Sequence record: PQ464590.1
Strand: one strand, 5' to 3'
Length of the DNA stretch: 64,000 nt
Numbering within the stretch: position 1 is the stretch's first letter; each line of letters opens with the position of its first letter. Both the position numbers and the translations under genes were made by a program. Under the pieces are notes generated by a model. That model had not been told where the DNA came from. It made no database searches and was given only the letters and a program-made list of their open reading frames with translations. Positions 17,100 through 27,223 of the stretch are shown here, piece by piece.

Positions 17100-17492
17100 C
17101 TATATACTTACACTGTATACAAAGTCCGCTAACATCTTTGGAGAAACCATGTCAGTATTGAACGGTAACAGTTTATGGTACGAACAGAAGTAATTATCTT
17201 GGAACTGTTCATGTAGTACTGACATGTGTAAACCAGGACGGTTATCACGAACTAAGATGTAGCTATCTTTGTCGATAATGTCCACTGGAGTAGGTATAAT
17301 GCCTAATGGTCCGTGCCTATTCTTTATTACTGAACCATAATGACACCCACTCAAAACCCGAACCATAACGTCCGAGGTTTGAGGAAGAATGTGGGGATGA
17401 AAATACTCTGAACCCGTATTTTTCCAATGTTCAACTGGCCCCAGTACTGTTTTACCGTACACCTTGAATATTATCATCCCATGTTGCATCAT
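17100..17492 (-). CDS. hypothetical protein
   Basis: ORF track; overlaps the ligase stop. Confidence 0.7.
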   Translation of the reverse strand: MMQHGMIIFKVYGKTVLGPVEHWKNTGSEYFHPHILPQTSDVMVRVLSGCHYGSVIKNRHGPLGIIPTPVDIIDKDSYILVRDNRPGLHMSVLHEQFQDNYFCSYHKLLPFNTDMVSPKMLADFVYSVSI

Positions 17493-18913
17493 TTCTTCTG
17501 AATTGCCTCTGTTAGCGAATTACGGAATACCATCACTGCACTTTCTTTGATTTCAAGAATACGCTCGTAACTATCCGCAGTATCTTTGTCAAAACGGAAT
17601 TCTTCCCAAACTGGTAGGAAGATGCTTTGTTGACCAGTACGCTTATCAACAGTTAGACCAGTACAGGAGATTGTAACAACCTTACCTAGTAACTCATCTC
17701 TCTTATCCCAAATACTTTGGAATGTCCATTCAGCACCTTTCTCTTTGATGCCAGTACCACAGTTAGTGATTACTACACCATCAGAACTTTGTAGCTGTAA
17801 TGAACCTAGCATACCAGTACGTTTCTTTTCACCTTCGTTGAAACCAACAACGAGTAGGTCAACGAACATTTTGAGTTTCATTTTCAACTGCTTAGGTGAA
17901 GTGTGGGATTTCCAGATACCGGATTCACATTTCAGTACTGAACCTTCTTCACCACGAATCATTAGCTCGCTATTGTAGTCAAATGCCTCACCGATGTCAA
18001 GAACTTTCTTGTACTCAACCATACGAACGAATTCAGAATCCGTCTTGTTGATTGCAGTCTCTAGGATCTCACGGCGTTCCTTACGCTCAACGTTCCACAG
18101 ACCATCCAGGAATGCATCGTACGGTAAAACATCCCATAGTACAAATACAACCTTCATGCAGTCAGTGAGCGTTATAGAGCCTTTACCAGCCTTTTGTACG
18201 ATACCATTACTGGTTTCACGTGGCAGTACTGCACCATCGTTGTCAAGCATTAGGACTTCACCGTTGAATACTACACCACTAGCGAAACGTGGATCGGTAT
18301 CCTGGATGTGCTTAGCCAGTACTGCCATTTCCGCATCACGAGTTCCGAGGAAGTCATATAGCTTACCATTACGGGAGGTACAGGTCAAGTGACCATTTAC
18401 AACGGTATGGTTCAAGTACTGACCATCCATCTTCACTTCAGATACAGCATAACCGTGAGTCTTGAAAGAAGTGATGTTCTTCACAGTTTTGACATCCACT
18501 AGGGAACAACGCATATACGGCTCATCTTTCACGAAACCTTTACCAAAGATTTCATTCACAATCTTATCACTTGCACCACATGCTAAGTCTTTGCTTAGTA
18601 CACGGCGAACTACTTCTGCATCATCATGGGTTAGAGAACCTAGGATGTTCGCAATGAAGTCACGAGCAGCGTTACCAGTGTATTGACGAGCATAGATTGC
18701 TTCTAGAAGATGTAGTGCCTCATCTAGACCGTACTTCACATTACTTTCCACGACAGTAGGAATCTTCTTGATACCACTAACAATTCCAGGATCGATACCG
18801 AGTTTCAGTACACGTTTTAGTGTGTCATTGCCCTTGTTACGTTCAAGAATCGCTTTCTTCTCTAGAATACTTGCTGTACCTGCCACTTCGTTTAGAATGT
18901 TCAAAATACTCAT
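17489..18913 (-). CDS. lig: ATP-dependent DNA ligase (T4 gp30-like)
   Basis: EVKMDG (motif I), NGEVL, WDVLP, EGSVLK, KMKLK; start MSILNIL. Confidence 0.93.
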   Translation of the reverse strand: MSILNILNEVAGTASILEKKAILERNKGNDTLKRVLKLGIDPGIVSGIKKIPTVVESNVKYGLDEALHLLEAIYARQYTGNAARDFIANILGSLTHDDAEVVRRVLSKDLACGASDKIVNEIFGKGFVKDEPYMRCSLVDVKTVKNITSFKTHGYAVSEVKMDGQYLNHTVVNGHLTCTSRNGKLYDFLGTRDAEMAVLAKHIQDTDPRFASGVVFNGEVLMLDNDGAVLPRETSNGIVQKAGKGSITLTDCMKVVFVLWDVLPYDAFLDGLWNVERKERREILETAINKTDSEFVRMVEYKKVLDIGEAFDYNSELMIRGEEGSVLKCESGIWKSHTSPKQLKMKLKMFVDLLVVGFNEGEKKRTGMLGSLQLQSSDGVVITNCGTGIKEKGAEWTFQSIWDKRDELLGKVVTISCTGLTVDKRTGQQSIFLPVWEEFRFDKDTADSYERILEIKESAVMVFRNSLTEAIQKK

Positions 18914-18914
18914 A

Positions 18915-20123
18915 TTACTTTCCTTGTAGTTTGTAGAAACCAACTTCGAATTCAGTTGGGTCACTGAAGATTGTCAAGTGTGCCAATTCACCGTCTTTGT
19001 ACGCTGGGTAATTATCGGTTGGGTCGTGGAAGATAGTACTGTACCGTCCGAACCCAATTAGTTCAGTGATATCAACACCAATGTCTATTTCACCACTATC
19101 CAGTAATGTTCCAATTCTACCGAACATTTTATCCACTGTAGGTTTCATCGTGTATTCAACTGAACGTGAACGTCCAGTGTATGAATTATAACTATTTGGT
19201 CGGGTGAATCCAAAGATACGATAATGCTTACCATTATTTGGTGAGTACTTATAAATCAAATGTTCTTGGATTGTACCGAATGTGTTCAATTGAACAGTAC
19301 TGTATTCTACTATCATATCTGCACGCTTGAATGGTTTATCATTCACTAACAGAGGGACACGTTCGAAAAGAATACTCATGTAGTTATTATTGCCACAATT
19401 GAAACGTTCGCGGAAGTACTTATTAGTTTCTTGGACTACTTCATCTCGATTCACATCAATATCCAAATGATCCAATCGAATGATATCCATTTCTAATTTA
19501 GAACGGACAAAGTACACATCATCATTCAGTCGCTTGATAACATGCATCAAAGAACTTTTGGCTGGAATCTGATATGTGTAGTTCAACCCATTACAGATAG
19601 CATGGTATCGACCCATGTAAATGTACTGATTACCAAGTTCACTATCTCGGTCACGGAATCGGAATGCAGCACCAGGTTGAAGTTCTTTCATGGCTTCTTC
19701 CATTCGAGCTTTCTTCTCTTCTTTCTTCAGAAGTGATGCGAATAGTTTAGTGTTCTGGTTCACGAGTTTCTTGTTCTCAGTAAAGAATAACTCACTCATG
19801 ATTTCACCATTCTGAATAGTGTTAGTCTGTAATAGGTCACAGAAGTTATCAGAAGCAATCTCGAACTCGAAACCTTCTGGGTGCATCACTCGCCATACTA
19901 CGTTTGAAGTACTGTGACGGGACACGTTAGTTACAATATGGAATCCAGAACGGGGTGTATTATCGACGTAGATTGGTGACATAGAATCACCAGCCCACTT
20001 ATCAGCGGCGGCTTTCTTCTTATCGAACGTCTTCCCTTCTGTAGTTGCATCAACCATGAAACCGACTATCTCATCGGTTCCACGGTACTGTCGTGCAACA
20101 TAAAACTTTTCAGGTAGTTTCAT
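18915..20123 (-). CDS. large hypothetical protein
   Basis: Long ORF; start MKLPEK. Confidence 0.8.
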   Translation of the reverse strand: MKLPEKFYVARQYRGTDEIVGFMVDATTEGKTFDKKKAAADKWAGDSMSPIYVDNTPRSGFHIVTNVSRHSTSNVVWRVMHPEGFEFEIASDNFCDLLQTNTIQNGEIMSELFFTENKKLVNQNTKLFASLLKKEEKKARMEEAMKELQPGAAFRFRDRDSELGNQYIYMGRYHAICNGLNYTYQIPAKSSLMHVIKRLNDDVYFVRSKLEMDIIRLDHLDIDVNRDEVVQETNKYFRERFNCGNNNYMSILFERVPLLVNDKPFKRADMIVEYSTVQLNTFGTIQEHLIYKYSPNNGKHYRIFGFTRPNSYNSYTGRSRSVEYTMKPTVDKMFGRIGTLLDSGEIDIGVDITELIGFGRYSTIFHDPTDNYPAYKDGELAHLTIFSDPTEFEVGFYKLQGK

Positions 20124-20124
20124 G

Positions 20125-20553
20125 TTAGTTTGCTGTCCTCGCATAAGCAAGCAGTGTCAGTACTGAACCGTACGAACCGTACTTGTCAAATAGTTCATCT
20201 TCAGAAATGAATTTACGACGAAGTGCTTCCATGTCGTCAACCATATCTTGAGTACATAGAATTGCAACACTAGTCAGTGCATCATTCAGATCTTCTTCAT
20301 TGAAGTATGCATAAGGCGATTCTTTATTACCTTTTAGTTGAAGTAACATCGATTGTAAATCATAGTGAGAACCACCATTCAGTACTACAACCGTTTTATG
20401 CTTAGTTGCCCAAGTATGGATCATATCTACGAACTTACTGTGAAGTTCTGAATCATCGTAGTACTTAGTCAGTAATTCAACTGCTGCATGAAGTGCCTGA
20501 ATACCGGATTGTGGCCCCATGCACTTAGCATTATTATAGAAATACAATTTCAT
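20125..20553 (-). CDS. peptidyl-tRNA hydrolase 2 (PTH2)-like protein
   Basis: GIQALHA, W...KTVVVLNG, F.EEDL...LTSVAI pattern. Confidence 0.55.
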   Translation of the reverse strand: MKLYFYNNAKCMGPQSGIQALHAAVELLTKYYDDSELHSKFVDMIHTWATKHKTVVVLNGGSHYDLQSMLLQLKGNKESPYAYFNEEDLNDALTSVAILCTQDMVDDMEALRRKFISEDELFDKYGSYGSVLTLLAYARTAN

Positions 20554-20852
20554 TTTATTAGTACCTGTTTACTTTTACCAAAATTACGTTTTAGTTGTTC
20601 GTTATTAGTACATGCCGCGACCGTATCACAAATCTGACAAGTGACAAATATTTCACCGAGTCTACGAACTTCAACAATAGGATGGTTGCACTCTTCAACC
20701 ATATCTTCATGTAGTTCAGTAAGGCGTTCAGCTTCTTGCTGTGCTTCGTACGCCATGAACTCTGCTTTCTTTATTTCGTCACGTTTCAATGCGTGTTCTT
20801 TCTTTTCAAACACCTTGCCATCATCTGATACGTACATTTCCTGTACTTTCAT
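20550..20852 (-). CDS. hypothetical protein with CxH and CxxC
   Basis: ECNHP...TCQICD. Confidence 0.7.
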   Translation of the reverse strand: MKVQEMYVSDDGKVFEKKEHALKRDEIKKAEFMAYEAQQEAERLTELHEDMVEECNHPIVEVRRLGEIFVTCQICDTVAACTNNEQLKRNFGKSKQVLIK

Positions 20853-21097
20853 TTTACTTCCTCATTCATCCACTCGGATAGTTTAGAACCGATAGGTAGT
20901 TTGTGTAGAATAGCACGAACACCGAACCACGGGATAATGAACCAGAATCCAACAGTACTCATTATTAGAAAGAATACACAATCACCACGTTTGGTAACTG
21001 CAAATCCCTCAATATTAGTCCATACCCAACGCATTAGCTGGTACGAAACAAAAATCAATGGGACACAAATTGCTAAAGTGATAAGTAATAAAACCAT
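20849..21097 (-). CDS. small membrane protein
   Basis: Two TM segments. Confidence 0.65.
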   Translation of the reverse strand: MVLLLITLAICVPLIFVSYQLMRWVWTNIEGFAVTKRGDCVFFLIMSTVGFWFIIPWFGVRAILHKLPIGSKLSEWMNEEVK

Positions 21098-21106
21098 AAT
21101 AAACTC

Positions 21107-21412
21107 CTATTCGATTAGTTTGATTGCGTCGGGTGGGACATTCCATAGTCTAGAAGCCCCAGTTGTATAATCAATAAATTTTATTACTACAGAGTATGGA
21201 TTCCCTGCTGGTACTTCAACAAACTCTGGATATGAGTTATGTTTTCTATAAATCATATCATAATAGTTTTCATAATTTGGATGGTCCTCATTTAGTTCAA
21301 TTGATCGACCTTTGTAGTAATGTTCTATTTCAGAAGCGATATGTTCTATTACGTTTTTCAATTGTCGCATTTGACTAATACGAATACGCAAATAATCTTC
21401 ATCGTATTTCAT
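21107..21412 (-). CDS. hypothetical protein
   Basis: ORF track. Confidence 0.7.
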   Translation of the reverse strand: MKYDEDYLRIRISQMRQLKNVIEHIASEIEHYYKGRSIELNEDHPNYENYYDMIYRKHNSYPEFVEVPAGNPYSVVIKFIDYTTGASRLWNVPPDAIKLIE

Positions 21413-22158
21413 TTTGAAGAACCTCGCTTGAAACTATGTTCATCACGTGGAAGTCGTTTATGACGAAGCATGTTACCATCAAGATAAGCTACCGTTAGCT
21501 CACCACTCAAGTACATACTATCAATCCATACGCGATTCCCGTAAATCAATGGATTAGTTACTGATGTATGACCACTGAATACATAGTCCACCCCACTAAT
21601 ACGTGGAGCCATTAGAACGTTGTTCTTCTGACAGTACTTGAACGTGTCAGTACTCCAGTGAATTCCGTCCAGAATATCATTTGAACCGTTCTGTACATCA
21701 CTCTTGAATGTATCCCAATCAGTGTACCTTAGTGGGACGGCTGCATGAGAGACTCCCAGTACTTTACCTCGATGATGTACTTCAATCACAAAAGGTAATT
21801 GTGCTAAGTAATCTCGGAAGAAATTTACTCCAGTTAGACCTACTTCTCGTGTGAACTCTTGACCACCATTGTTGAACCACACATTGTACCAAGAACGGTC
21901 ATGAGCACCTGCAATGCACATGTATTCGTGATTTCCCATTATTGCATACCGATTCTCGTCGAACAAGAATTCAAATAACGTAGCAGCGGTTTTCGGTCCA
22001 CGGTCAATTAGATCACCAACACTGATTACTACATCGTCGTCGGTAATACCAAATGTTTTTAGTGTTCTTTTATACAAGTCATATTGACCGTGTATATCAC
22101 CGACGAAGTATACATTCTTATCATCAGGAATATTCAGTACTAGTACTGGATTATTCAT
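21409..22158 (-). CDS. Ser/Thr protein phosphatase (PphA/NinI-like metallophosphoesterase)
   Basis: GDIHG, GDLIDRGP, GNHE, GHT. Confidence 0.92.
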   Translation of the reverse strand: MNNPVLVLNIPDDKNVYFVGDIHGQYDLYKRTLKTFGITDDDVVISVGDLIDRGPKTAATLFEFLFDENRYAIMGNHEYMCIAGAHDRSWYNVWFNNGGQEFTREVGLTGVNFFRDYLAQLPFVIEVHHRGKVLGVSHAAVPLRYTDWDTFKSDVQNGSNDILDGIHWSTDTFKYCQKNNVLMAPRISGVDYVFSGHTSVTNPLIYGNRVWIDSMYLSGELTVAYLDGNMLRHKRLPRDEHSFKRGSSK

Positions 22159-22838
22159 CGTACCATCTCCATATATCTCAAGGCTTCCATTATGTCAGGA
22201 TCTTCTAACAGTACTGTTGTACCATCCATCACATGCCACCATTCATTTCTGAACTCCAAGTACATGTTTTGAGTGTATCCAACCTTGAATAGATAACCTT
22301 CTTTATCCCAAGTATTAGGTTCAAAATACTCAATCATCTGAGTCATAAAGTAACTGTACTCTTCTAGTGATTTAGTATGGTCCAGAGTGTATGTGTTTCT
22401 GAATCTGTTTTTATTGTAATCCGTTTCTGAACTACGCTTTATGCCATTCTGTTCGAAGTACTGATTCAGTTCGTATTCTGCACCAACATTGGACATATAA
22501 ACCATATCTCCTAATTTCTTTCTGTACGTTGAACGTAATTCACGTTGAACTTGCATAATGTAATTTATCCGTTCATTGGAACGTGTTGTAAGTAAAGTAC
22601 GTTCATTTTGGTACTGGACGTTCATAGTACTGTGCTTGGTGTACGACTCTTCTGCTTCTTTTGAGTAGTACCCGTATTTTTCACATATATCATGATGTTC
22701 ATCATGAAGACGTTTAATCTCATTCACTACTGAATGAAATCGGTCTGGAATCGATGAGCGTTCGCGGTACAGGCGGCTCTCTTGTTTACGCAGCGTATCT
22801 AAAGCAGAAAAACATGCAGCTATATCTTTATCCATCAT
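22155..22838 (-). CDS. hypothetical protein
   Basis: ORF track; GAGG RBS; promoter directly upstream. Confidence 0.75.
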   Translation of the reverse strand: MMDKDIAACFSALDTLRKQESRLYRERSSIPDRFHSVVNEIKRLHDEHHDICEKYGYYSKEAEESYTKHSTMNVQYQNERTLLTTRSNERINYIMQVQRELRSTYRKKLGDMVYMSNVGAEYELNQYFEQNGIKRSSETDYNKNRFRNTYTLDHTKSLEEYSYFMTQMIEYFEPNTWDKEGYLFKVGYTQNMYLEFRNEWWHVMDGTTVLLEDPDIMEALRYMEMVR

Positions 22839-22865
22839 TAATCCTCAATAGGGCTGTTACACCCT

Positions 22866-22895
22866 ATTATATCACATTTTACAGAACCATCTCAG
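22866..22895 (-). promoter_or_regulatory. variant of the N18 promoter class
   Basis: CTGAGA TGGTTCTGTAAAATGTGA TATAAT. Confidence 0.55.
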
Positions 22896-23802
22896 ATTTG
22901 AACGGTTTCAGGACATGTTTATTTGCATTGAAGCGATTCAGATAATCTTCTTCACCGAAGTTACGATAAATGTTGATAACTTCGTAGAAGTGCTCCCAAG
23001 CGTACTCACGGAACCATCCTGAAGTGATACTAGTACAGACCTTGATTAGTGCAGTGATGAAACTATGCTTACAAGTAGGAGCATTCGCGGAATCACCAAA
23101 TGGAATCTGGGAACGTTCTAATGCAAGTACACAAGTCTCTTCGTACACACCAAGTAGACGAATAGTTTCAGGTACAGAGAAGAACTTCTCTTTAGAAGTC
23201 ATTACTTCTGAACCATCTTTCATATAGTGACGGTACGCAGGAATTTCACCAATAGCAATCGCCTCATGGATTGTATCATGGTCGTACTGATAGTCAACAC
23301 CATCACCATCGAAGAACTGGTTCTTGGAAACATCCAGTACTGGATGGCTGTACGTGTAAGTTTCTTTTTCACGCAGTGCCAGTACTGATTCGAGTTCTTC
23401 AGGAATTGTAGCTCCAAGCTGACGCAGTTTCTTGATGTCTTTCATAGTCTTCAGGAAGTGAGGACTATTACGCAGGAAGCGGTGTGACATCTTCAGAAGG
23501 TAAAGTACGTTGATTGGTGCTACTTCACCAAATAGTTTACCATCTTCTTTGTTATTGCAGTACTGTAAAAGTTGTTCAGTACTGTTACCGTTTTTGCCGA
23601 TCATGAACTCAAAGATATAATCGACACCTTTAATGGCACGAGTGTATTCTTTCTCATGAATGATCTCTGCTCCTTGTGAAAGGAGTATTGTCTTGGCGAT
23701 GTCATATTCATTTTCAGTGCACATGAAATCCACATCAGTTTCAGTACTGTCTTGGCGGGAATCCCAGATATGTTTGCAAGCATAGGAACCGATAGTAATC
23801 AT
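22879..23802 (-). CDS. nucleotidyltransferase-like phage protein
   Basis: N-terminal TIGS...DVDF (GS plus DxD); YDHDTIHE. Confidence 0.6.
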   Translation of the reverse strand: MITIGSYACKHIWDSRQDSTETDVDFMCTENEYDIAKTILLSQGAEIIHEKEYTRAIKGVDYIFEFMIGKNGNSTEQLLQYCNNKEDGKLFGEVAPINVLYLLKMSHRFLRNSPHFLKTMKDIKKLRQLGATIPEELESVLALREKETYTYSHPVLDVSKNQFFDGDGVDYQYDHDTIHEAIAIGEIPAYRHYMKDGSEVMTSKEKFFSVPETIRLLGVYEETCVLALERSQIPFGDSANAPTCKHSFITALIKVCTSITSGWFREYAWEHFYEVINIYRNFGEEDYLNRFNANKHVLKPFKSEMVL

Positions 23803-23858
23803 TTATATCTCCAAAATTAGGACGAACGAAAGGGAAGATTTCTCTTCCCTAGTGTTCA

Positions 23859-24101
23859 TTAGCAGAAATCAGAACTACTCAACCAAGCACCTTTACCGTC
23901 ATGGCTGTGATAGTCACAAAGATATTCGTCGTTCTTGATGTACTCATCACTGTAGAACTCTTTGTCCACAGATCGTAGATAGAAGTCTAGACCATTAGCG
24001 TTAGCTAGTGCTTCTAGTTCTTTGATTTTAGCTTCAACTTCTTCAACTCGAAGTGCGAGTTCTTTTCGTGCTAGTTCTTTTTGTTGTGCAGAAACGGCCA
24101 T
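23859..24101 (-). CDS. small hypothetical protein ending GAWLSSSDFC
   Basis: Paralog of 27555..27788. Confidence 0.75.
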   Translation of the reverse strand: MAVSAQQKELARKELALRVEEVEAKIKELEALANANGLDFYLRSVDKEFYSDEYIKNDEYLCDYHSHDGKGAWLSSSDFC

Positions 24102-24298
24102 TTTTTACCCTTTATAAGTTTTACATACGCATAGTCTAGGATCACCCAAGGGACTATGATGTACCAGAAGAATGTACAGACTACTAGTGCTTCCCAGAAG
24201 TCTTTCATTTTCATTTGTTCTTTGGTAATATAGTATTCAAACCATGCAGAATACAATCCTACTATAATACCAAAAACATAAATGATTAGAATTTCCAT
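24071..24298 (-). CDS. small membrane protein
   Basis: Two TM segments. Confidence 0.65.
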   Translation of the reverse strand: MEILIIYVFGIIVGLYSAWFEYYITKEQMKMKDFWEALVVCTFFWYIIVPWVILDYAYVKLIKGKKWPFLHNKKN

Positions 24299-24495
24299 GT
24301 GATAGAAATTTTCCTGAATAGTGATTTTAGCCCATCATAGATTAGTGTTCCAAGGAACACAGGCCAGATGAGTGCACTGATAATATTGAACATGAACTTG
24401 AATTTGAACGAACCATCGCTGTTATATGGAACATCCCAATTACTATTCATCATAACGATGAATGCGAGTGCGACTATTAGTAAGTAAGTTGTCAT
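24286..24495 (-). CDS. small membrane protein
   Basis: Two TM segments; LIWPV. Confidence 0.65.
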   Translation of the reverse strand: MTTYLLIVALAFIVMMNSNWDVPYNSDGSFKFKFMFNIISALIWPVFLGTLIYDGLKSLFRKISITWKF

Positions 24496-24501
24496 ATGAA
24501 C

Positions 24502-24672
24502 CTACTTTTTGATACGAGGCAAGATAAACAGAATCGCTGCTGGAATGATTGGCTGAACAATTAGTGATGCAACGACCCACAGAATGACGTTGCGGCCTTG
24601 GTCACGTGCTTGAATGTATACACACCCTACCAAAATACACCAAAATACAAAAAATAAAATAGTACTGATCAT
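24502..24672 (-). CDS. 56-aa membrane protein (absent from the ORF track)
   Basis: MISTILFFVFWCILVGCVYIQARDQGRNVILWVVASL...; GGAG RBS. Confidence 0.65.
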   Translation of the reverse strand: MISTILFFVFWCILVGCVYIQARDQGRNVILWVVASLIVQPIIPAAILFILPRIKK

Positions 24673-24681
24673 ACGTTCTCC

Positions 24682-24954
24682 TTAGTTGAATGATACTTTA
24701 TCCGAATCAACGAGTACTAATATCCCATCGATATCAATTGTGAGTCGGATTTTTATTCGCCCCGCGAATGTGCGGATATGGGCATGTTGGATTTCGTACG
24801 CAACAATACAGTCCAATGGTGCTGCGTCGTCATCCAGATACTTCTGTACAATCTCTAATGCGTCAGGTAGTAATGTTACCATTTCACCTTCGAGTTTTTT
24901 AAGAATATGTTCACACAAATGCATCATACTCTCTAATTGGCTTATCTCAATCAT
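24682..24954 (-). CDS. hypothetical protein
   Basis: ORF track; overlapping junctions. Confidence 0.65.
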   Translation of the reverse strand: MIEISQLESMMHLCEHILKKLEGEMVTLLPDALEIVQKYLDDDAAPLDCIVAYEIQHAHIRTFAGRIKIRLTIDIDGILVLVDSDKVSFN

Positions 24955-25195
24955 AATATCCGTACACTTTTAAGTTTGCATACAGTTCAACGTACTTATG
25001 ATTACCTTTTGTCGTGATGTATGTAATCACGCTACGAGGTGGGTCTTCTTCGTTAACTTCTACATCAACGACAACACCCTCAAGAAGACGAATTACCTTA
25101 TGTCCTACTAAGTTTCGTAGGATCTCAATCTCACAACGCTTCATCGCATCTTTGAGAAACTTCTTCTTCATCATGATATCATTCATTTCGGTCAT
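24947..25195 (-). CDS. hypothetical protein
   Basis: ORF track. Confidence 0.65.
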   Translation of the reverse strand: MTEMNDIMMKKKFLKDAMKRCEIEILRNLVGHKVIRLLEGVVVDVEVNEEDPPRSVITYITTKGNHKYVELYANLKVYGYYD

Positions 25196-25686
25196 TTGAT
25201 TGTCTTTTTGAGTTGACTAAAAGAACAGAATACATCAGTACTTGTACGTTCAGGTGTAAACGAACCATGCAGTATAATATTGTTGTATTTTACGTACATA
25301 CCAATTGGGTAGAATGATTTATCTCTGTACGTTAGATCGAATTCGTCGAAGTACTGGAAAAGTGAAGTATGACACTGATTGAAAATGTTGTCAAGCATAT
25401 TTTGCTTCTTCATTGTTGAGATTTGCTCATCAGAGTATGAACTCAAATCCATCTCAAGAACATTATCAAGGTACAACGTCATAGCACCCGATTTTTGAAA
25501 ATATGTACCATACTGATCAGTGAACACAAATGCGTCACCAGCCTTAAGCTTCACATGGTCATTACCTGGTACAGAACCACGCCAGTACAGACACTCTTCC
25601 AGAACATATGTATGTTTATTTTGTAGAGCACTGCTGACTCTGTACAGCATTTCACGTTGAAAAAGTTCTTGAAATTTATCATTCAC
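25192..25686 (-). CDS. hypothetical protein
   Basis: ORF track. Confidence 0.7.
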   Translation of the reverse strand: MNDKFQELFQREMLYRVSSALQNKHTYVLEECLYWRGSVPGNDHVKLKAGDAFVFTDQYGTYFQKSGAMTLYLDNVLEMDLSSYSDEQISTMKKQNMLDNIFNQCHTSLFQYFDEFDLTYRDKSFYPIGMYVKYNNIILHGSFTPERTSTDVFCSFSQLKKTIK

Positions 25687-25925
25687 CGTAGTACCTCAAA
25701 GTCTTCTAATATCCCACGATATTTCCCACCATCCTCATCCATAATGATGATTCGTACTGGATAGCTATCTGTGTATGTGAAGTCCAGGTCATAAAAATCC
25801 CCGACAACACCGGATTCTTTATGACGTAATTTTTTATAACACAGTTCTTCAGATAGCTCTTCTTTGGATTGACGAGCTAGTTGCCATAACTGTTCGGTCT
25901 TACTATACATGGTTTGAATGTCCAT
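25683..25925 (-). CDS. hypothetical protein
   Basis: ORF track. Confidence 0.65.
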   Translation of the reverse strand: MDIQTMYSKTEQLWQLARQSKEELSEELCYKKLRHKESGVVGDFYDLDFTYTDSYPVRIIIMDEDGGKYRGILEDFEVLR

Positions 25926-25926
25926 G

Positions 25927-26172
25927 TCAATCTCCTATGCGTTCGATATATTTCACTTTACACTCATGTGATGAATGGTATTTGATATCTCGGTACAAAA
26001 TCATGAGTGTACCATCACGGGAAAGGAAACAACCTTCGAATTTGAATTCTTGGTCCGTAACACCTTTGACATACACACGCTTACCCTTGTTCGTGTCTCT
26101 GAACTCATCAAGCATCTTCGTTGTAATGCTAGCGAAGTACTCCAATTTTGCTGCTTCATCTAATGCATTCAT
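25927..26172 (-). CDS. hypothetical protein
   Basis: ORF track. Confidence 0.65.
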   Translation of the reverse strand: MNALDEAAKLEYFASITTKMLDEFRDTNKGKRVYVKGVTDQEFKFEGCFLSRDGTLMILYRDIKYHSSHECKVKYIERIGD

Positions 26173-26690
26173 ACGTACTCCGGTAAGTTATGAAAATTTA
26201 CATCGTCACAATCTCTGTACTCGTAAAGACCACTACTAGCGGTTAGCTTACATACCCATCTGTTCACACGGTAATTTGCAGTTTCTACATGTAACACTGG
26301 AGCTTTAAAGCCCTCATTCGTGTACGCAGAACGATATGCCAGTACTACACGTTTATAAAATTCAATATATACTTTGAATACGTGGTAAAGTTTATTCAAC
26401 AGATTATATACCAATTCATTTTGAATAACATATTCTCGGTCAAAAAATTTTACCAAATCCTGGCTGAATTCGTCACCGTTATAATCCATAATTATTTCAA
26501 TTCTAGCTTTAGGTGCATCATAATCGTACACGGAAATATACTTGATTTTGCATTCTTCAGAATTTACCAGTACTGTGGTCCCTGGTGCATGTAATCGTGC
26601 GTTTTTTAAAACGGTAAGTACATTCTGCATCAGTACTGGTACAAGTTCTTCTGCTACTTTACGACTAATCTTCAGCATCTTGGTCATCAT
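26169..26690 (-). CDS. hypothetical protein
   Basis: ORF track. Confidence 0.7.
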   Translation of the reverse strand: MMTKMLKISRKVAEELVPVLMQNVLTVLKNARLHAPGTTVLVNSEECKIKYISVYDYDAPKARIEIIMDYNGDEFSQDLVKFFDREYVIQNELVYNLLNKLYHVFKVYIEFYKRVVLAYRSAYTNEGFKAPVLHVETANYRVNRWVCKLTASSGLYEYRDCDDVNFHNLPEYV

Positions 26691-26943
26691 AACTCCCTAA
26701 CAGGACACAATCTCGACTATCTAGGTTAGTAAATCTCCCGTCATCCTTCTGTACTTTATAGAACACAATACCATAGTCCTCAAATACATCAACAATCATT
26801 GCATCATAGTCAATAGTATCGAAGGATGTTTCATAATGAACATGTACATGATGCCGGAATAAGTCTTTCTTCAGTTGTTGGACTTCACGTTCAATTACAT
26901 CAAGCATGTAGAATAGTCTGTCAATCCGATTTTGGCTGTTCAA
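26665..26943 (-). CDS. hypothetical protein
   Basis: ORF track. Confidence 0.65.
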   Translation of the reverse strand: MNSQNRIDRLFYMLDVIEREVQQLKKDLFRHHVHVHYETSFDTIDYDAMIVDVFEDYGIVFYKVQKDDGRFTNLDSRDCVLLGSYDDQDAED

Positions 26944-27187
26944 CTAATATTACCTCATCAAGTTTTACCCAAAAGACCCTCTTTGAATCCTGGGTATCTT
27001 GAACTTCCACTGAAACATTCTTAGTACTGAATGATACGTTAGTTAGTATGTATACACGATCTGTCCCAGCCCACGCTTTAAATAAATCAGCAATCTCTGG
27101 CACTAGTGTTACATGCTTACGGTGATATTCTTTAGTGAACATATCTTGCATAAGACGGTTCATACCGATAAGTGTTTGTGCTATCAT
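26921..27187 (-). CDS. hypothetical protein
   Basis: ORF track; AGGAG RBS. Confidence 0.65.
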   Translation of the reverse strand: MIAQTLIGMNRLMQDMFTKEYHRKHVTLVPEIADLFKAWAGTDRVYILTNVSFSTKNVSVEVQDTQDSKRVFWVKLDEVILVEQPKSD

Positions 27188-27223
27188 ATTTTTCTCCTAA
27201 TTAAAAGTACTACAGGAGTAGTA

